Assembly: GCA_965140785.1 (NCBI GenBank)
Contig: OZ223510.1
Coordinates: 241,857-305,856 of the forward strand
Direction: 5' to 3'
DNA length: 64,000 nt
DNA from: an uncultured Ruficoccus sp.
GTDB lineage: Bacteria > Verrucomicrobiota > Verrucomicrobiia > Opitutales > Cerasicoccaceae
This document shows, piece by piece, positions 1 through 11,727 of the stretch. Position 1 is the stretch's first letter; every line of letters begins with the position of its first letter. The notes under the pieces were generated by a model, which saw only the letters and a list, made by a program, of their open reading frames with translations, did no database searches and had not been told where the DNA came from. Position numbers and translations under genes: made by a program.

Positions 1-17
1 CACAAGTATCAGTCACA

Positions 18-51
18 CAAAAAAAGCCGGCCCCCAAAAGGGCCGACTTTG
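18..51 (-). terminator. Probable intrinsic terminator downstream of fbaB
   Basis: GC stem gccggccc-caaaa-gggccgac next to an A-run (U-tract on the minus strand). Confidence 0.55.
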
Positions 52-78
52 AAAGAGCAGAGCGTACGCACTCCTCAC

Positions 79-120
79 GGGGCAGCGGCCTTTCTGGCCG
101 CGATGGGGCGCAGCCCCATG
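79..120. repeat. REP-like palindromic element, second copy at ~16849-16887
   Basis: GGGGYAGCGGCCTTTCTGGCCGCG..GGGGCGCAGCCCC is shared with the 16849 intergenic region. Confidence 0.65.
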
Positions 121-235
121 AGTGATGCGAAGCATCACAGGTGCAGGAGTCCGGCTGGACCAGCTTTTTGCGTTGCCGGGGTAGGCACGCAGTGCCGTAG
201 GGGCTTGCCCCCTCATTGCCAGCGGGTGCAACCCG

Positions 236-1303
236 TTAGGCGATGGTGACGTCTTTGCAGAGGTACACGTCCTGAATGGCGTTGAGGAGCTTGACACCTT
301 CCTTCATCGGGCGCTGGAAGGCCTTGCGGCCAGAGATGAGGCCCGTACCGCCGGCCCGCTTGTTGACCACAGCAGTCTTGACGGCATCGCCGAAGTCGTT
401 TGCCCCGGAAGCGCCGCCGGAATTGATCAAACCCTGACGGCCCATGTAGCAGTTGGCCACCTGGTAGCGGGTCAGATCGATCGGGTGGTCGGTGGTCAGC
501 TCGGTGTAAACGCGCTCGTCGATCTTGCCATAGCTGGAGTTGCCCATGTTGAGGGCCTTATAGCCGCCGTTGTTTTCGGGAAGCTTTTGCTTGATGATGT
601 CGGCCTGAATAGTGACGCCGAGGTGGTTGGCCTGGCCGGTCAGGTCGGCGGACACGTGGTAGTCGGTGCCGTCTTTCTTAAAGGCGCTGTTGCGCAGGTA
701 GCACCACAGAACGGTGGCCATGCCCAGCTCGTGAGCGCGGGCGAAAGCCTCGGAGACCTCGATGATCTGGCGGTTGGACTCCTCGGAGCCGAAGTAGATG
801 GTCGCCCCAACCGCAGCCGCGCCCATGTCGTAGGCCTGCTCGACCGAGCCGAACATGATCTGGTCGGCCTGGTTCGGGTAGCTCAGGAGCTGGTTGTGGT
901 TGATTTTGACGAGAAAGGGAATCTTGTGCGCGTACTTGCGGGCGACCGAGCCGAGTACGCCGAAGGTCGAGGCGACGGCGTTGCAGCCGCCCTCAAGGGC
1001 GAGCTTGACGATGTTTTCGCTGTCGAAGTAGTCGGGGTTCTTGGCAAAGGAGGCGCCGCCGCTGTGCTCGATGCCCTGGTCCACGGGCAGGATGCTGACG
1101 TAGCCGGTGCCGGAGAGGCGCCCGGTGTGGAAGATCCAGTTGAGATTGTTGAGAACGCGCTGATTGCGATCGCTCGGGGCAAAGATGCGGTCCACGAAAT
1201 CGCCGCCGGGCAGGTGGAGGCGGTCCTTGCTGATGGTCTTGCATTCGTGTGAGAGGAGGTCCTTGGCGTCGGAGCCGAGGTATTCTTCGATCTTGTTGAT
1301 CAT
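236..1303 (-). CDS. fbaB: Class I fructose-bisphosphate aldolase (DhnA/FbaB type)
   Basis: 355 aa ORF with [17 protein letters not shown] (Schiff-base Lys) and [10 protein letters not shown] motifs. Confidence 0.93.
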   Translation of the reverse strand: MINKIEEYLGSDAKDLLSHECKTISKDRLHLPGGDFVDRIFAPSDRNQRVLNNLNWIFHTGRLSGTGYVSILPVDQGIEHSGGASFAKNPDYFDSENIVKLALEGGCNAVASTFGVLGSVARKYAHKIPFLVKINHNQLLSYPNQADQIMFGSVEQAYDMGAAAVGATIYFGSEESNRQIIEVSEAFARAHELGMATVLWCYLRNSAFKKDGTDYHVSADLTGQANHLGVTIQADIIKQKLPENNGGYKALNMGNSSYGKIDERVYTELTTDHPIDLTRYQVANCYMGRQGLINSGGASGANDFGDAVKTAVVNKRAGGTGLISGRKAFQRPMKEGVKLLNAIQDVYLCKDVTIA

Positions 1304-1571
1304 AGTGGGTCAGGGTGTTGCGGTTCAGATGAAGGGTGAGACGCGCTAATTAAATGCCGGGTACCGGGCTCGCGCAAGTCGGGAATACAAAAGAGCGGGC
1401 AGGGCAGGGGATTTTAGAGGGTGGCATTTTTCCTGCTAATCCGGTGAATTAAAATAATTGGGTGTCGCGGAGCAGAAATAGCCACGCGAGGCTTAATTAA
1501 TGTTGATTTTGAGCGGATGCACTATAAGTTGCACTGCTTCACAACGCACAATATTCAAAAGTTAAGCACAC

Positions 1572-2603
<1,032 letters not shown>

Positions 2604-2636
2604 GTCCAAAGCTTAGCTCTTCAAAAAACCATTTCC

Positions 2637-2671
2637 AAGCCGGGCTCCATCGCGGGGTCCGGCTTTTTTTT
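2637..2671 (+). terminator. Intrinsic terminator after fbaA
   Basis: aagccgggctcc...ggggtccggctt stem followed by a T-run. Confidence 0.75.
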
Positions 2672-2672
2672 G

Positions 2673-2743
2673 TTTAACCACGGATGACACGGATAGCACA
2701 GATGAAGAAAAGTATCCGTGTTATCCGTGAAATCCGTGGTTAA
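2673..2743. repeat. Inverted repeat built from 9-nt periodic units (CACGGATNN)
   Basis: tttaaccacggatgacacggatagcacagat ... atccgtgttatccgtgaaatccgtggttaaa. Confidence 0.7.
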
Positions 2744-2891
2744 ATATTGGTTATCTAATCAAGCGCGAGAATTGGCATGACTCTCTCCATTTAACCTCTG
2801 TGCGCTCTGTGTCCTCTGTGGTTGCATCCCAAAAGCCTTTCCGGTTTTGGATTGCCCTTTGCGCCTGCCTGTGGCTTAGCTGACGCCTCGC

Positions 2892-3740
2892 ATGTTCAAG
2901 TACGTTCACCCGACGATTTTTTCCTTCGACGTGGAGTGGATCCCGGACCCGAAGGCCGCGCAGATGCTCTTCGGCGTTCCCTACGATCCGCCGTACAACA
3001 CGCACGATGCTTTTCGGAAAATCTGGGCCGAATCCGGTGCCACGCCGGAGCAGCCGCGCCCGTGGGTAAAAACTTCCCTGTGCCGGATCGTTTCGATCTG
3101 TGGGATTTTCCGCGAGGCCGGACCTTCGGGCGGCGTTTCGCTGAAACTGGTGTCGATGCCACCCGATGCCGCCGACCCGGAGAAGTGCGCCGAACCGTAC
3201 ATCCTCGAAATGTTCCTCAAGGCTGTGGGCGGTCGCAAGCCGCAGTTGGTGGGCTTCAACTCGGTCAACGCCGATGTGCCGATCATTGTGCAGCGGGCGA
3301 TCATCCACGGACTGGACAGCCATGGCTTCGCCAAGCGCCCGGAAAAGCCGTGGGAAGGGGTGGACTATTTTTCCAACGCGGGGGATTTCCATGTGGACCT
3401 CTCGCCGGGGTTGGCCCGCGGCACCAACACCCCGCGCCTGCACGAGATCGCGACCCTCAGCGGCATCCCGGGTAAAATCGACACGGCAGGCGACCAGGTC
3501 TGGGACCTGTACCTGCGCGGACGCACGGACCAGATCGTCAACTACAACGAGTGCGACGCCTTCACCACGCACCTGCTCTGGGCACGCATGGCGCACTTCG
3601 CCGGACTTTTAGACAAAAAAGCTTACGCCACCGAGCAGCAGGCCGTCCGCCAACTCTTGGAGGAAGCGGCCTCCCAGGGCAAAGAACACCTGAGCACTTA
3701 CATCCGCAAGTGGGATGAACTTCAGGAAATGATGCGATAA
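2892..3740 (+). CDS. DEDD 3'-5' exonuclease, PolB-like family
   Basis: FDVEWIPD (ExoI), LVGFNSVNADVP (ExoII) and YNECD (ExoIII) motifs. Confidence 0.8.
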   Translation: MFKYVHPTIFSFDVEWIPDPKAAQMLFGVPYDPPYNTHDAFRKIWAESGATPEQPRPWVKTSLCRIVSICGIFREAGPSGGVSLKLVSMPPDAADPEKCAEPYILEMFLKAVGGRKPQLVGFNSVNADVPIIVQRAIIHGLDSHGFAKRPEKPWEGVDYFSNAGDFHVDLSPGLARGTNTPRLHEIATLSGIPGKIDTAGDQVWDLYLRGRTDQIVNYNECDAFTTHLLWARMAHFAGLLDKKAYATEQQAVRQLLEEAASQGKEHLSTYIRKWDELQEMMR

Positions 3741-3856
3741 CCTTTAGCAGTGATCAAAACCTTTGGCCGGGCTTGGGTTGCCTAATGGAGACTTGCTTAG
3801 ACCAGTGAATTAACCGACGATCAAACAGGTTTTACTGATAAAAACCGCCATTCGAG

Positions 3857-4609
3857 ATGACTGTAAAAAGAGGCGATATCTTACGTAAATTGCTTTTTAA
3901 GGTGCTGCCCTTTGAAGCCTATCTGACCGTACTGAGCCGGGGCTTTTTCTCTCGTTACGACAGTGGCAGGCTGAAGGCAGATCCGCTTTACAAATACCAC
4001 TACTATCTGGCCACCCAGATCCGGACGGGGCAAACCGTCGTGGATATCGGTGCCAACCTTGGCTACTACACGCGACTGTTTTCCCGCTGGGTTGGCGCGT
4101 CAGGGCAGGTACATGCCTTTGAACCCGTTCGACCGATTTTCAATGTGCTCAGCCGCAACACCCGGGACTGTGCAAATGTAAAGCTCTATAACTGCGCGCT
4201 TGGAAATGAAGACAAGCCGATCAAACTGGGCAACAACTCGCGGCGGCACCAAAGCTTTATTTCCTCTGGCGAACATTTTGTCATCGACGATCCGAAACAA
4301 GACAGTGCCTGTGACGAATTTGAGGCCAGCATGTGCGATGCGCGTAAGCTATTCGAGGATTTTGAGCGCATAGACTTTATAAAATGTGACGTGGAAGGCT
4401 ACGAAGTGGTTATTCTTCCGCTTTTGGCACCGGTGATTCAGCGCCATCGCCCCAAACTTCTGGTAGAGAGCGGCGGAGAAAAGCGGCAGCAAGTCCTGAA
4501 CTTGATGGAGGGGCTGGAGTACGATGCTTATGTGCTAGTCTCAGACGGCCTGAAAAAAGCCACCGAGGTTGAAGCCGAAGACGATATTCTGTTCATTCCC
4601 CGAGCTTGA
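3857..4609 (+). CDS. FkbM-family SAM methyltransferase
   Basis: VVDIGANLGYY, HAFEP and FIKCDVEGYE motifs. Confidence 0.88.
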   Translation: MTVKRGDILRKLLFKVLPFEAYLTVLSRGFFSRYDSGRLKADPLYKYHYYLATQIRTGQTVVDIGANLGYYTRLFSRWVGASGQVHAFEPVRPIFNVLSRNTRDCANVKLYNCALGNEDKPIKLGNNSRRHQSFISSGEHFVIDDPKQDSACDEFEASMCDARKLFEDFERIDFIKCDVEGYEVVILPLLAPVIQRHRPKLLVESGGEKRQQVLNLMEGLEYDAYVLVSDGLKKATEVEAEDDILFIPRA

Positions 4610-4757
4610 GAGGGTGAACAGGACGGCTTAACCGCATCGGAACGCCCGCTAATCCTTTCGCCAAACCAGCAGACTGAGCCCGCCCCGGTTTTTTTAGTTT
4701 TGACTGTACGGCAAAAATGCATGGGCTCTATAAGCTTTCATTTAGACAACCACCGCT

Positions 4758-5504
4758 ATGTATAAGATCGTACTTCTGCGCCACGGCGAGAGCCAATGGA
4801 ACCTCGAAAACCGCTTCACCGGCTGGACCGATGTGGACCTGACCGAAAAGGGTGAAGAACAGGCCCGCGAGGCCGGCCGCGTCCTGGCCAAGGAGGGCTT
4901 CCGTTTCGACATCGCTTTCACCTCCCTGCAAACCCGCGCCAACCGCACCCTCAACCTCTGCCTGGAGGAAATGGACCTGACCTTCATTCCGATCCAGAAG
5001 AGCTGGCGCCTGAACGAACGCCACTACGGCGCGCTCCAGGGCCTGGACAAGAGCGAAACCGCCGCCAAGTACGGCGACGAGCAGGTGCTCATCTGGCGTC
5101 GCAGCTACGACACGCCGCCGCCCGAGCTTGAGTTGACCGACGAGCGCTTCCCCGGTAACGATCCGCGCTACGCCGATCTGCCCAAGGACGACCTGCCCCA
5201 GACCGAATGCCTGAAGGACTGTGTCGAGCGCTTCCTGCCGTACTGGGATATGGAAATCAAGCCGCAGGTCTCCGCCGGCAAGTCCGTCATCATCGCCGCC
5301 CACGGCAACTCCCTGCGCTCCCTTTACAAGCACCTGGCCAAGGTCTCCGACGAGGACATCATCGGCGTCAACATCCCCACCGGCATGCCGCTTGTGTTCG
5401 AGCTCAACGAAAAGTTTGAGACCGAAAAGTTCTATTATCTGGGTGACGAAGAGGCCGTAAAAAAGGCCATGGAAGCTGTTGCCAATCAGGGCAAGGCCAA
5501 GTAG
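4758..5504 (+). CDS. gpmA: 2,3-bisphosphoglycerate-dependent phosphoglycerate mutase
   Basis: [21 protein letters not shown] and AHGNSLR motifs. Confidence 0.97.
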   Translation: MYKIVLLRHGESQWNLENRFTGWTDVDLTEKGEEQAREAGRVLAKEGFRFDIAFTSLQTRANRTLNLCLEEMDLTFIPIQKSWRLNERHYGALQGLDKSETAAKYGDEQVLIWRRSYDTPPPELELTDERFPGNDPRYADLPKDDLPQTECLKDCVERFLPYWDMEIKPQVSAGKSVIIAAHGNSLRSLYKHLAKVSDEDIIGVNIPTGMPLVFELNEKFETEKFYYLGDEEAVKKAMEAVANQGKAK

Positions 5505-5525
5505 CGTTATTCCGTTAACCACGGA

Positions 5526-6083
5526 ATGCCCACGCCCGACCACAAGCCCGAATCCGACCCCCTCGAACCGGAAAGCCCCACCAGCGACTCCCTTCCCCAA
5601 GGGGAAGAAGAGGAGCGTCTGGAGAGCTTTACCGAGGAGTTTGAGAAGTTTTTCGTCGAAGGCCGCTCCGATCCCAGCAGTTGGATCGGGGTCGGTCTGG
5701 ACGGCACGCTCGCCCACAGCGAGGGCGCCATCGATCCGGCGATAATCGGCGAGCCCGTCGCTGACATGGCGGCTCGCGTGCGGGACTGGGTCAAGCGCGG
5801 GCACACGGTGAAAGTCTTCACCCCCCGGGCGACGGAAGCGACCGGCGTCACACTGGTCGAACAATGGCTGCGCGACCACGACCTGCCCGCGTTGGAGGTC
5901 GTCTGCGAGAAGGATCTGCACATGCTCGAGCTGTGGGATTCCCGCACCGTCCAGGTCATTGCCAACAGTGGCAAACCGGTCGGCCAAAGCCGTGTCGAGC
6001 AGCCACGGCAAGTCTTTGACAATGAGACCCTTTCGCAGAAAGAGGAAGATTCCGACAAGGAATCGGGCACAAACGCACAATAG
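5526..6083 (+). CDS. HAD-fold-like protein with degenerate motif I and acidic tails
   Basis: WIGVGLDGTLA, VKVFTPR and LWDSR resemble the WIGVDLDGTLA-type HAD family. Confidence 0.55.
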   Translation: MPTPDHKPESDPLEPESPTSDSLPQGEEEERLESFTEEFEKFFVEGRSDPSSWIGVGLDGTLAHSEGAIDPAIIGEPVADMAARVRDWVKRGHTVKVFTPRATEATGVTLVEQWLRDHDLPALEVVCEKDLHMLELWDSRTVQVIANSGKPVGQSRVEQPRQVFDNETLSQKEEDSDKESGTNAQ

Positions 6084-6124
6084 GCTTTTCTCGTCACCGA
6101 AAGGGTGCCTAATGTGAGCCTGTC

Positions 6125-8548
6125 ATGGCTCAAAAGGAGGATTGTCCCTGCCCGGATTCGCGGGCTTCCTGCCCCGCAGGCGTGAGTAAAACCGTGCGCG
6201 AGTCGCCGGGCGTGGAGGGCGTGGACATCGACCACAAGAGCGGGCGCATCGACATTCTTTATGATCCCAGCCGCGCTTCGCAGGCAGACGTGGAGCGGGC
6301 TGCCCGCCGGCTTAGTGGACAGATCGACACCATCCCCGGCAAATGCGTGTTCCGTCTGCACGGACGCGGCTGCGAAGAGTGCGCCCGCCGCATCGGGATC
6401 GACCTGGAGCACCGGTCGGGCATCCGGCGAGCCAGCGCGTCTTTCCTCGGTGGGGTGCTCAGTGTCAGCTTTGACCAGGCCGGGCATGACGAAAGTACGA
6501 TTTTGGAGACCGCCCGTTCCGCCGGAGCCCAGGTGGAACCGCTGGAAGAGGCCCTGTACAAGGAGGAGGCCGAAAAGCGCGAGGCGCGAACGTCCTTCAG
6601 CGCCTTTGTCCGCTATTGGCTGAGCGGCACCCGGCTGGAAATCGTTTTCACCGCGCTGACGCTGGTCTGCATGGTGGCCGGGCTCGTCGTCGAAAAAATC
6701 GGAGCCGCCTCACTGGTTTACAACACCCTGTATGTGCTAGCCTACGTTTTCGGCGGGTACTACGGTACGCTGGCGGGGCTGGAGTCGATCCGGCGCCGGG
6801 TGGTTGATGTGGACCTGCTCATGATTCTGGCCGCGCTCGGGGCGGCTTACGTGGGCGCGCCCTTCGAGGGGGCCATGCTGCTGTTCCTGTTTTCCTTTTC
6901 CGAGGTTTTGCAGACCTTCGCTATCGGGCGCACCCGCAACGCCATCAAGGCCCTCGCGCAGATGCGTCCGCAGTCGGCCCACGTGCTGCGTGGCGACCGC
7001 ATCGTGGAGACGCCCATCGCCCAGATCGAACTGGGGGCACGTCTCCTGATCCGCCCCGGCGACCGCATCCCGCTCGACGGCCGGGTGGTCAGCGGGGAGA
7101 GCACCTTGGACCAGAGCTCCGTCACCGGCGAGTCCATGCCTGTCTCTAAGGCAGTGGGAGACAGTGTCTTCGCCGGGACCATGAACCAGAACGGCAGCCT
7201 GACCGTGCAAGTCACCCGCCTGGCCAAGGACTCGACCATCTCGAAGCTGATCAAAATGGTCGAGGAGGCCCAGTCCGAGAAGGCCAGGACTCAGCGCTTC
7301 CTCGAAACCGCTGAGCAGTACTACGCGCTCGGAGTGATCATTTTTACCGTCCTGCTCGGCGTTCTGCTGCCGACTGTTTTCAAGGTCCCACTCGACGAGG
7401 CGCTCTACCGGGCGATCACCGTCATGGTCGTGGCCTCGCCCTGCGCGCTGGTCATCAGCACGCCCGCCTCGATCCTGTCGGCCATCGGCAACGGCGCCCG
7501 CCGGGGCATCCTCTTCAAGGGCGGGGCGCACCTCGAGCAGGCCGCGACGCTGCGCGTGATCACCTTTGACAAAACCGGCACCCTGACCGAGGGCCAGCCG
7601 CGGGTCAACGCAGTCATCTCCTTCGGGGACACTCCCAGCGCCGAACTCCTCCGTCTTGCCGGGGCGGTCGAGGCCAAGTCCGAGCACCCGCTGGCCCAAG
7701 CCATCGTGGAGCACGCCCGTGGCGAGGGGGCGGCTTTCCCCGAGTGCGAGGGCTTCCGGGCTGTGACGGGGAAGGGCGCATTCGCGCGGGTCGAGGGACG
7801 GGCCATCGTCGTCGGCAGCCCCAAGTGGATGCGCGAGTATCACTTTGAAAACGCCGAGGCCATCGAATCCCGTGTGGCGGAGATTCAGGACTCGGGCCGC
7901 ACGAATGTGCTGGTGGGAGAAGTACACGAGGAGAGCAACACGGTAAAAGTGCTGGGCTCGTTCGCCATCGCCGATCATCTGCGCGCGGAAGTACCCGCCA
8001 TGGTCAAGCACCTGCGCGAGCAGGGCATCCGGCGCGTGGTTATGCTGACCGGGGACGCCGAGCGCGTGGCCAAGGCCGTGTCAGCCGAGGCGGGACTCGA
8101 CGAGTATTACGCCGAGCTGTTGCCTGAGGACAAGGTCCGCCTGATGAAGGAACTTTCGCGGGGCGAACACGTCGGCATGGTCGGCGACGGCACCAATGAC
8201 GCGCCCGCCCTGGCCTCGGCCACGGTCGGGATCGCCATGGGCGCTGCCGGCAGCGACGTAGCCCTGGAGAGCGCAGACATCGTGCTCATGGCCAACGATC
8301 TCAAGCGCATCCCGTACCTGATCGCTCTCAGCCACGCCGCCCGCCGCGTCATGCTCCAGAACCTGATTTTCGCCGCCGGGGTGATTGTCGTCATGGTGTT
8401 GGCCACGCTCCTTCTGCCGCTGGTCGGAGTGGACGTTCCGCTGCCGCTCGGCGTCTTCGCGCACGAGGGTGGAACGGTGCTCGTCTGCCTGAACGGCCTG
8501 CGCCTGCTCGCCTTCAAGGACAAGCGGCTCCCCGAAGACGGGCCCTAG
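6125..8548 (+). CDS. Heavy-metal translocating P1B-type ATPase
   Basis: TGES, SPC, DKTGT, SEHP, GDGTNDAP and HEGGT motifs; N-terminal HMA-like domains (GCEEC). Confidence 0.93.
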   Translation: MAQKEDCPCPDSRASCPAGVSKTVRESPGVEGVDIDHKSGRIDILYDPSRASQADVERAARRLSGQIDTIPGKCVFRLHGRGCEECARRIGIDLEHRSGIRRASASFLGGVLSVSFDQAGHDESTILETARSAGAQVEPLEEALYKEEAEKREARTSFSAFVRYWLSGTRLEIVFTALTLVCMVAGLVVEKIGAASLVYNTLYVLAYVFGGYYGTLAGLESIRRRVVDVDLLMILAALGAAYVGAPFEGAMLLFLFSFSEVLQTFAIGRTRNAIKALAQMRPQSAHVLRGDRIVETPIAQIELGARLLIRPGDRIPLDGRVVSGESTLDQSSVTGESMPVSKAVGDSVFAGTMNQNGSLTVQVTRLAKDSTISKLIKMVEEAQSEKARTQRFLETAEQYYALGVIIFTVLLGVLLPTVFKVPLDEALYRAITVMVVASPCALVISTPASILSAIGNGARRGILFKGGAHLEQAATLRVITFDKTGTLTEGQPRVNAVISFGDTPSAELLRLAGAVEAKSEHPLAQAIVEHARGEGAAFPECEGFRAVTGKGAFARVEGRAIVVGSPKWMREYHFENAEAIESRVAEIQDSGRTNVLVGEVHEESNTVKVLGSFAIADHLRAEVPAMVKHLREQGIRRVVMLTGDAERVAKAVSAEAGLDEYYAELLPEDKVRLMKELSRGEHVGMVGDGTNDAPALASATVGIAMGAAGSDVALESADIVLMANDLKRIPYLIALSHAARRVMLQNLIFAAGVIVVMVLATLLLPLVGVDVPLPLGVFAHEGGTVLVCLNGLRLLAFKDKRLPEDGP

Positions 8549-8767
8549 GCCGTTTCGCGTTTGAAGTGGGGATTTTTATTAACCACAAAGGCACAAAGGT
8601 ACAAAGGGCTGGGAAGGGAAGTTTGAGGAGGGGTATCTGCCTACCTCTGTTGACGAATTTGGGATTTCGAATCCTCTGAATTTCTTTGCGCCTGCGCGCC
8701 TTTGCGGTGAAGATATTCGCTCGACCGTCCTCTCCAAAAACTTCAACGCCTATCAGCCCTTTTCACC

Positions 8768-9334
8768 ATGCCCATGCCCAACATAGCCACCCGCCGCGGC
8801 GACACCGGGACAACCTCCCTGTGGTCCGGCGAACGTGTACCCAAGACCGACCCGCGCATCCGCGCCACCGGCGAGATCGACTGCGTCCTGGCCATGCTGG
8901 GCCGCGGCCACCATTACCTCCGTGCCGGGGATGATTTCGCGCAGCAGTTGAGCAAGGACTTCCTGCACGTGCAGCGGCGCTTCACCTACCTGATGGGCGA
9001 GGTCTCCACCAGCGAGGAGCGCAAGCAGGACTATGTCGCGAAAAAGGAAGCGATCAGCGACGAGGACGTAGCGTTTGTCGAGGCGCTTTACGAGCGCTTG
9101 CGCACACACCTGAACGAAACCGGCCGTACCTTCGACTTTAAATCCTGGAAAGTGGCGGGCGAAGCCGGCGCGGCCTCGGCGGAGTTTCACGTCGTCCGGT
9201 CCGCCTTCCGCCGGGTGGAGCTGATGCTGTGGGGCTTGCACGAGCGGGGCTTCACCATCCGTGAACCGCTGCTCAAGTGCTTTAACCGCTTTTCAGATGT
9301 GCTCTTTTTCACCGCCATCCTGATGGAAGAGTAG
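8768..9334 (+). CDS. PduO-type cob(I)alamin adenosyltransferase-like protein
   Basis: TRRGDTGTT, RVPKTDPRIRATGEID, RRVE and NRFSDVLF motifs. Confidence 0.8.
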   Translation: MPMPNIATRRGDTGTTSLWSGERVPKTDPRIRATGEIDCVLAMLGRGHHYLRAGDDFAQQLSKDFLHVQRRFTYLMGEVSTSEERKQDYVAKKEAISDEDVAFVEALYERLRTHLNETGRTFDFKSWKVAGEAGAASAEFHVVRSAFRRVELMLWGLHERGFTIREPLLKCFNRFSDVLFFTAILMEE

Positions 9335-9362
9335 GGCGCCCGTTGCCTGTTGTCGTGAATGC

Positions 9363-9529
9363 TAGAGCACTTTCGCTTTAATCAGTCGCACTCGGCTGAG
9401 CTGATTTTAAGTCTGGCGGCGTTGGCTGGGGGGACTTACGGGCTTCCAGCCCGCTACGCCCCCAGCCGCCTGGCGAGCCTTCAAGACATTTCCCCACCGA
9501 GTGCGACTGATTAAAGCGAAAGTGCTCTA
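9363..9529. mobile_element. MITE-like element with 33-bp terminal inverted repeats bounded by TA
   Basis: tagagcactttcgctttaatcagtcgcactcgg (9363-9395) is the exact reverse complement of 9497-9529; no coding capacity. Confidence 0.75.
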
Positions 9530-9613
9530 AGTTCGCGGCCTATTGATTGCGGGCTTACGCAGCCCGCGCCCGCGGCAGGCATAGCCTGCACTTCCGATGC
9601 TTACAGCATCGTC

Positions 9614-9660
9614 TCTGCGATTGGCGAGGGTAGCGATAAGCTGCCCTCGCCAATCGCAGA
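9614..9660. repeat. Long hairpin between convergent genes
   Basis: 17-bp perfect stem tctgcgattggcgaggg / ccctcgccaatcgcaga. Confidence 0.7.
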
Positions 9661-9720
9661 ACCAAAGCATCAAAACTGGACCCCCCAATTTTGCCGAAAA
9701 CTTACCACTCGCGACACAGC

Positions 9721-11511
9721 CTAGCTCTTTTCAGTTTTCTCGGCGGTGTAGATGGTGATATCGGCCGACTCCACGCCGGTGATTTCGCGGGCACGCTTGA
9801 GGGCATCGCGGGTGGAGATGGTCGGGTTTTCCGGCGAGTAGCGAAAGAAGTTCTCCTCGCCGATCAGCTTCATCAGCCCGGAGTCGCGCATGACCTTTTC
9901 CAGTTCGGGGTGCACGCCGGAGACAATCAGGTCGCTGCCCTTGCTGCGGGCGAACCGCGTGAGCTCCATCATGGTGCTGGCGGCGGTGGCGTCGAGGTGG
10001 TGGGCATTACGCAGGCGCAGGACAATGATGCGCAGGTCCGGGTGCTCGGCCATGTGACGCATCTGGTCCAGGAACACATCGCTGGAGGCAAAGAACAGGT
10101 CGCCCTCGACGTGCACGATGGCGATTTCCGGGCGGCGGTGTTTCTGCACTTCCGGGGCCCGCTCGAGGAGGTTGCCCTGCTCGTCAAAGGAGATTTCCCG
10201 CAACTCGGGCTTGGCCGCCTGACGGACGAACAGACCGATGGAGATGGCCGCGCCCACGTAGATGGCGGTGTCCAGTGGCAGCACGAGGCCACCCACAAAA
10301 GTGACGAGGAAGACCGTGGCGTCGTTGCGTGTGGTGTTCAGCATGAGCCGGATCTGCTCGCGATTGATAAGGGAGAGGCCGACCAGGATAACCAGCGTGG
10401 CCAGCGCGGCACGGGGGATGTAGCCGATCAACCCGCCAAAAAGGAAAAGCGCGACAATCAGGAACGTCCCGCTATAGACACTGGACATGCGCGTGGCGGG
10501 CTTGCTGCGGAAATTCAGCATCGAGCGCGTGAGCGACCCGCTCACGGCCATGCCGCCCCCGAGCGAACTGGCGCAGGTGGCCACCCCCATGGAGAGCATC
10601 TGTTGGTTCAGGTCGATGCGGTCGCCAGCCTGAGCGGCCAGGGTCTTGGCGATGGACGAGCTCTCCAGCATGGCCAGGAACGCCACCGCCAGCGCGCCGC
10701 CGGCGATTTGCGAGAATTCCTTCCAGTGGAACAGCGGCAGCGTCAGCGGCCAGGAGCTGGCCTTGACCCCGGAGAGCATCTCAGGCTCCAGCCCCAGGGG
10801 ACGCACCAGCCAGACGATGAAGCTCGTCAATACCAGCGCGATGGCGATATTTGGCAGGCCCTTGGCCCAGCGCTTGAGCGGCAGGTAGCAGGCCAGGGTG
10901 ATACCCGAGACCACGAGCGCGTTCCAGTCGGTCTGGCTGAGTCCGCCGGTGAAATTTCCCAGCGCCTCGGCAAACGTCCCCGCCCGCGGCACATGCAGCC
11001 CGCAAACGGTTTTCAACTGGTTGATGATGATCAGGAACGCCGCCGCGGTGATATAGCCGCAGATGACGGCCTTGGAAATGTACTGGGTGATCCCGGCCAC
11101 CTTGCAAAAGGCGCCCACAACCATAAAGACGGCGACCAGCATCAGCAGCAGGGGCAGCGCCAGCAGCGACTCGACCGGCGAGTAGCCCAGGGAGAGAAAG
11201 ACGGACAGCAGCATGACCGCCGTGGCGTTGCTGGGGCCGAGCATGATAAAGCGCGAGCTGGCCAGGATCGGCCCAGTGATCGTCGAAAGCGAGGCACAGA
11301 AAATCCCCGCCTGCACCGGCAGTCCCGCGATCAGCGCATAGGCCATGCTCTGCGGAAAGTCCAGCAGCGCCACATTCATGGCCGCTCCCAGGTCTTGCTT
11401 CGCTTTTTTTAAACTGTAGTTGCGCAAGACTTTCCCGATCGGGAAGAGGTCCAGTCCGTTCCAGCTTAAGCCGCGCTTCTCTTTTTTCTCAGTCCCTACA
11501 CCTTCATTCAT
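9721..11511 (-). CDS. SulP-family anion transporter with C-terminal STAS domain
   Basis: PQSMAYALIAGLP motif, many TM segments, GDLFFAS and HLDATA in STAS. Confidence 0.92.
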   Translation of the reverse strand: MNEGVGTEKKEKRGLSWNGLDLFPIGKVLRNYSLKKAKQDLGAAMNVALLDFPQSMAYALIAGLPVQAGIFCASLSTITGPILASSRFIMLGPSNATAVMLLSVFLSLGYSPVESLLALPLLLMLVAVFMVVGAFCKVAGITQYISKAVICGYITAAAFLIIINQLKTVCGLHVPRAGTFAEALGNFTGGLSQTDWNALVVSGITLACYLPLKRWAKGLPNIAIALVLTSFIVWLVRPLGLEPEMLSGVKASSWPLTLPLFHWKEFSQIAGGALAVAFLAMLESSSIAKTLAAQAGDRIDLNQQMLSMGVATCASSLGGGMAVSGSLTRSMLNFRSKPATRMSSVYSGTFLIVALFLFGGLIGYIPRAALATLVILVGLSLINREQIRLMLNTTRNDATVFLVTFVGGLVLPLDTAIYVGAAISIGLFVRQAAKPELREISFDEQGNLLERAPEVQKHRRPEIAIVHVEGDLFFASSDVFLDQMRHMAEHPDLRIIVLRLRNAHHLDATAASTMMELTRFARSKGSDLIVSGVHPELEKVMRDSGLMKLIGEENFFRYSPENPTISTRDALKRAREITGVESADITIYTAEKTEKS

Positions 11512-11727
11512 TTCTCAAGCACTCACTTGAAAGCAGAAATTAGCGGAGCGAGCAAGACTTGGTACACACGATTAGTGAAAACGATTCAGTACGTAAAAAA
11601 TCATTAACACAGCCGTCGTCGTCTGAACGCTACAAAAAGTGGGGCAAGCTCCGCCCCTCTCCTTATTCGGGAAAACTTAGGCTTAAAAAAAATATATATT
11701 GGCATCTGGGTTGCTCGTATCTCAGCC

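Noticed and set aside
11640..11727. ModE box or molybdenum riboswitch upstream of modA
   Set aside because: No convincing match to either consensus by eye
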